64,000 nt of DNA from Antedon mediterranea (lineage: Eukaryota; Animalia; Echinodermata): positions 13,378,795 through 13,442,794 of the forward strand of contig NC_092670.1 of the NCBI RefSeq assembly GCF_964355755.1. Reading direction: 5' to 3'. The notes under the pieces are model-generated. The model was given only the letters and a program-made list of their open reading frames with translations, was not told where the DNA came from and did no database searches. Made by a program: the position numbers and the translations under genes. Below, in pieces: positions 1 to 64,000 of the stretch (position 1 is the stretch's first letter; each line of letters opens with the position of its first letter).

Positions 1-74
1 AGGTGACCTCAGCTTCCTCTGCTTATATTGGCTTGATCTATGTAAGTGAAAATAACAAGTAACTCTGGACTTAC

Positions 75-63295
<63,221 letters not shown>

Positions 63296-64000
63296 CTGAA
63301 ATTAAACACTTGAACAATCACCAACAGACAATTTATATATTGTATTGCACCTCAAAAATATGGAAAATGAAAATAAAAATAGGCCAAACAATTACAGTTT
63401 TTCCAGGTAAAATGTTGATCCAATATTACCTGATATTATGAAATATTAAAACAAATTATAAATAATAATAATAATAATAGGATTTTTATAGCGCACATAC
63501 CACTCAAGAGTGCTCAAATCTTTTGTTCAGGTGGATAATATATTTATAAATAAAGCAGATGATAAACATATGTCTTGTAGAAGTTGGAAGGTTTTTTTAT
63601 ATTATTATTATTGACTAAGATTGAAGCAGTAGAATATTGTGCAGTTGTTTAGGTATATAATATGGGTTTTTCATCTGATTTTGATCAACAGATTTTGATA
63701 AAGCAGATGATAAACATATGTCTTGTAGAAGTTGGTAGGTTTTTTTATATTATTATTGACTGGAGAATGAAGCAGTAGAATATTGTGCAGATGTTTAGGT
63801 ATTTAAAAAGGGTTTTAAATCTGATTTTGATCTGATTAAGTCTTATAACATATTTCTGCAATATTGGTTATTTTTGTTGAAGAGTTAACAACAGTTAGAA
63901 GCTCAGATAACAATGTAATACTAAAGGTAAGGAACACACAAGTGGTTTTAAGTCAATCTAATCCACAATTTGATTTTGATATCTTATTTTTAATATTTTT

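Noticed and set aside
1-37. Possible further exon after a CATAG acceptor
   Set aside because: The required phase 0 gives IKPI-stop with no expected CCxxC; cut off by the window edge

Overview
AT-rich animal (eukaryotic) genomic DNA, probably a marine invertebrate; an echinoderm or similar is only a guess. The whole window lies inside one very large minus-strand gene whose start and stop are outside it. By hand I traced 87 GT-AG exons (63295 down to 75) that splice in phase into one open frame of 13,386 nt (~4,460 aa). The protein is gel-forming-mucin/VWF/SCO-spondin/hemolectin-like: the end of D1, D2, D', D3 (VWD-C8-TIL-E), then LDLa, VWC-like and TIL-like Cys-rich modules and four FA58C (discoidin) domains interleaved with Thr/Pro/Ser (PTS) repeat exons. 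A 14-exon block is tandemly duplicated with patchy gene conversion. The introns hold a Penelope-like retroelement fragment with a hammerhead motif, a 5S-rRNA+tRNA chimeric SINE with a target-site duplication, other SINEs, L2 LINE tails, Helitron/Helentron-type elements, several MITE families and a 91-bp satellite. All coordinates were read manually; no database searches were run.
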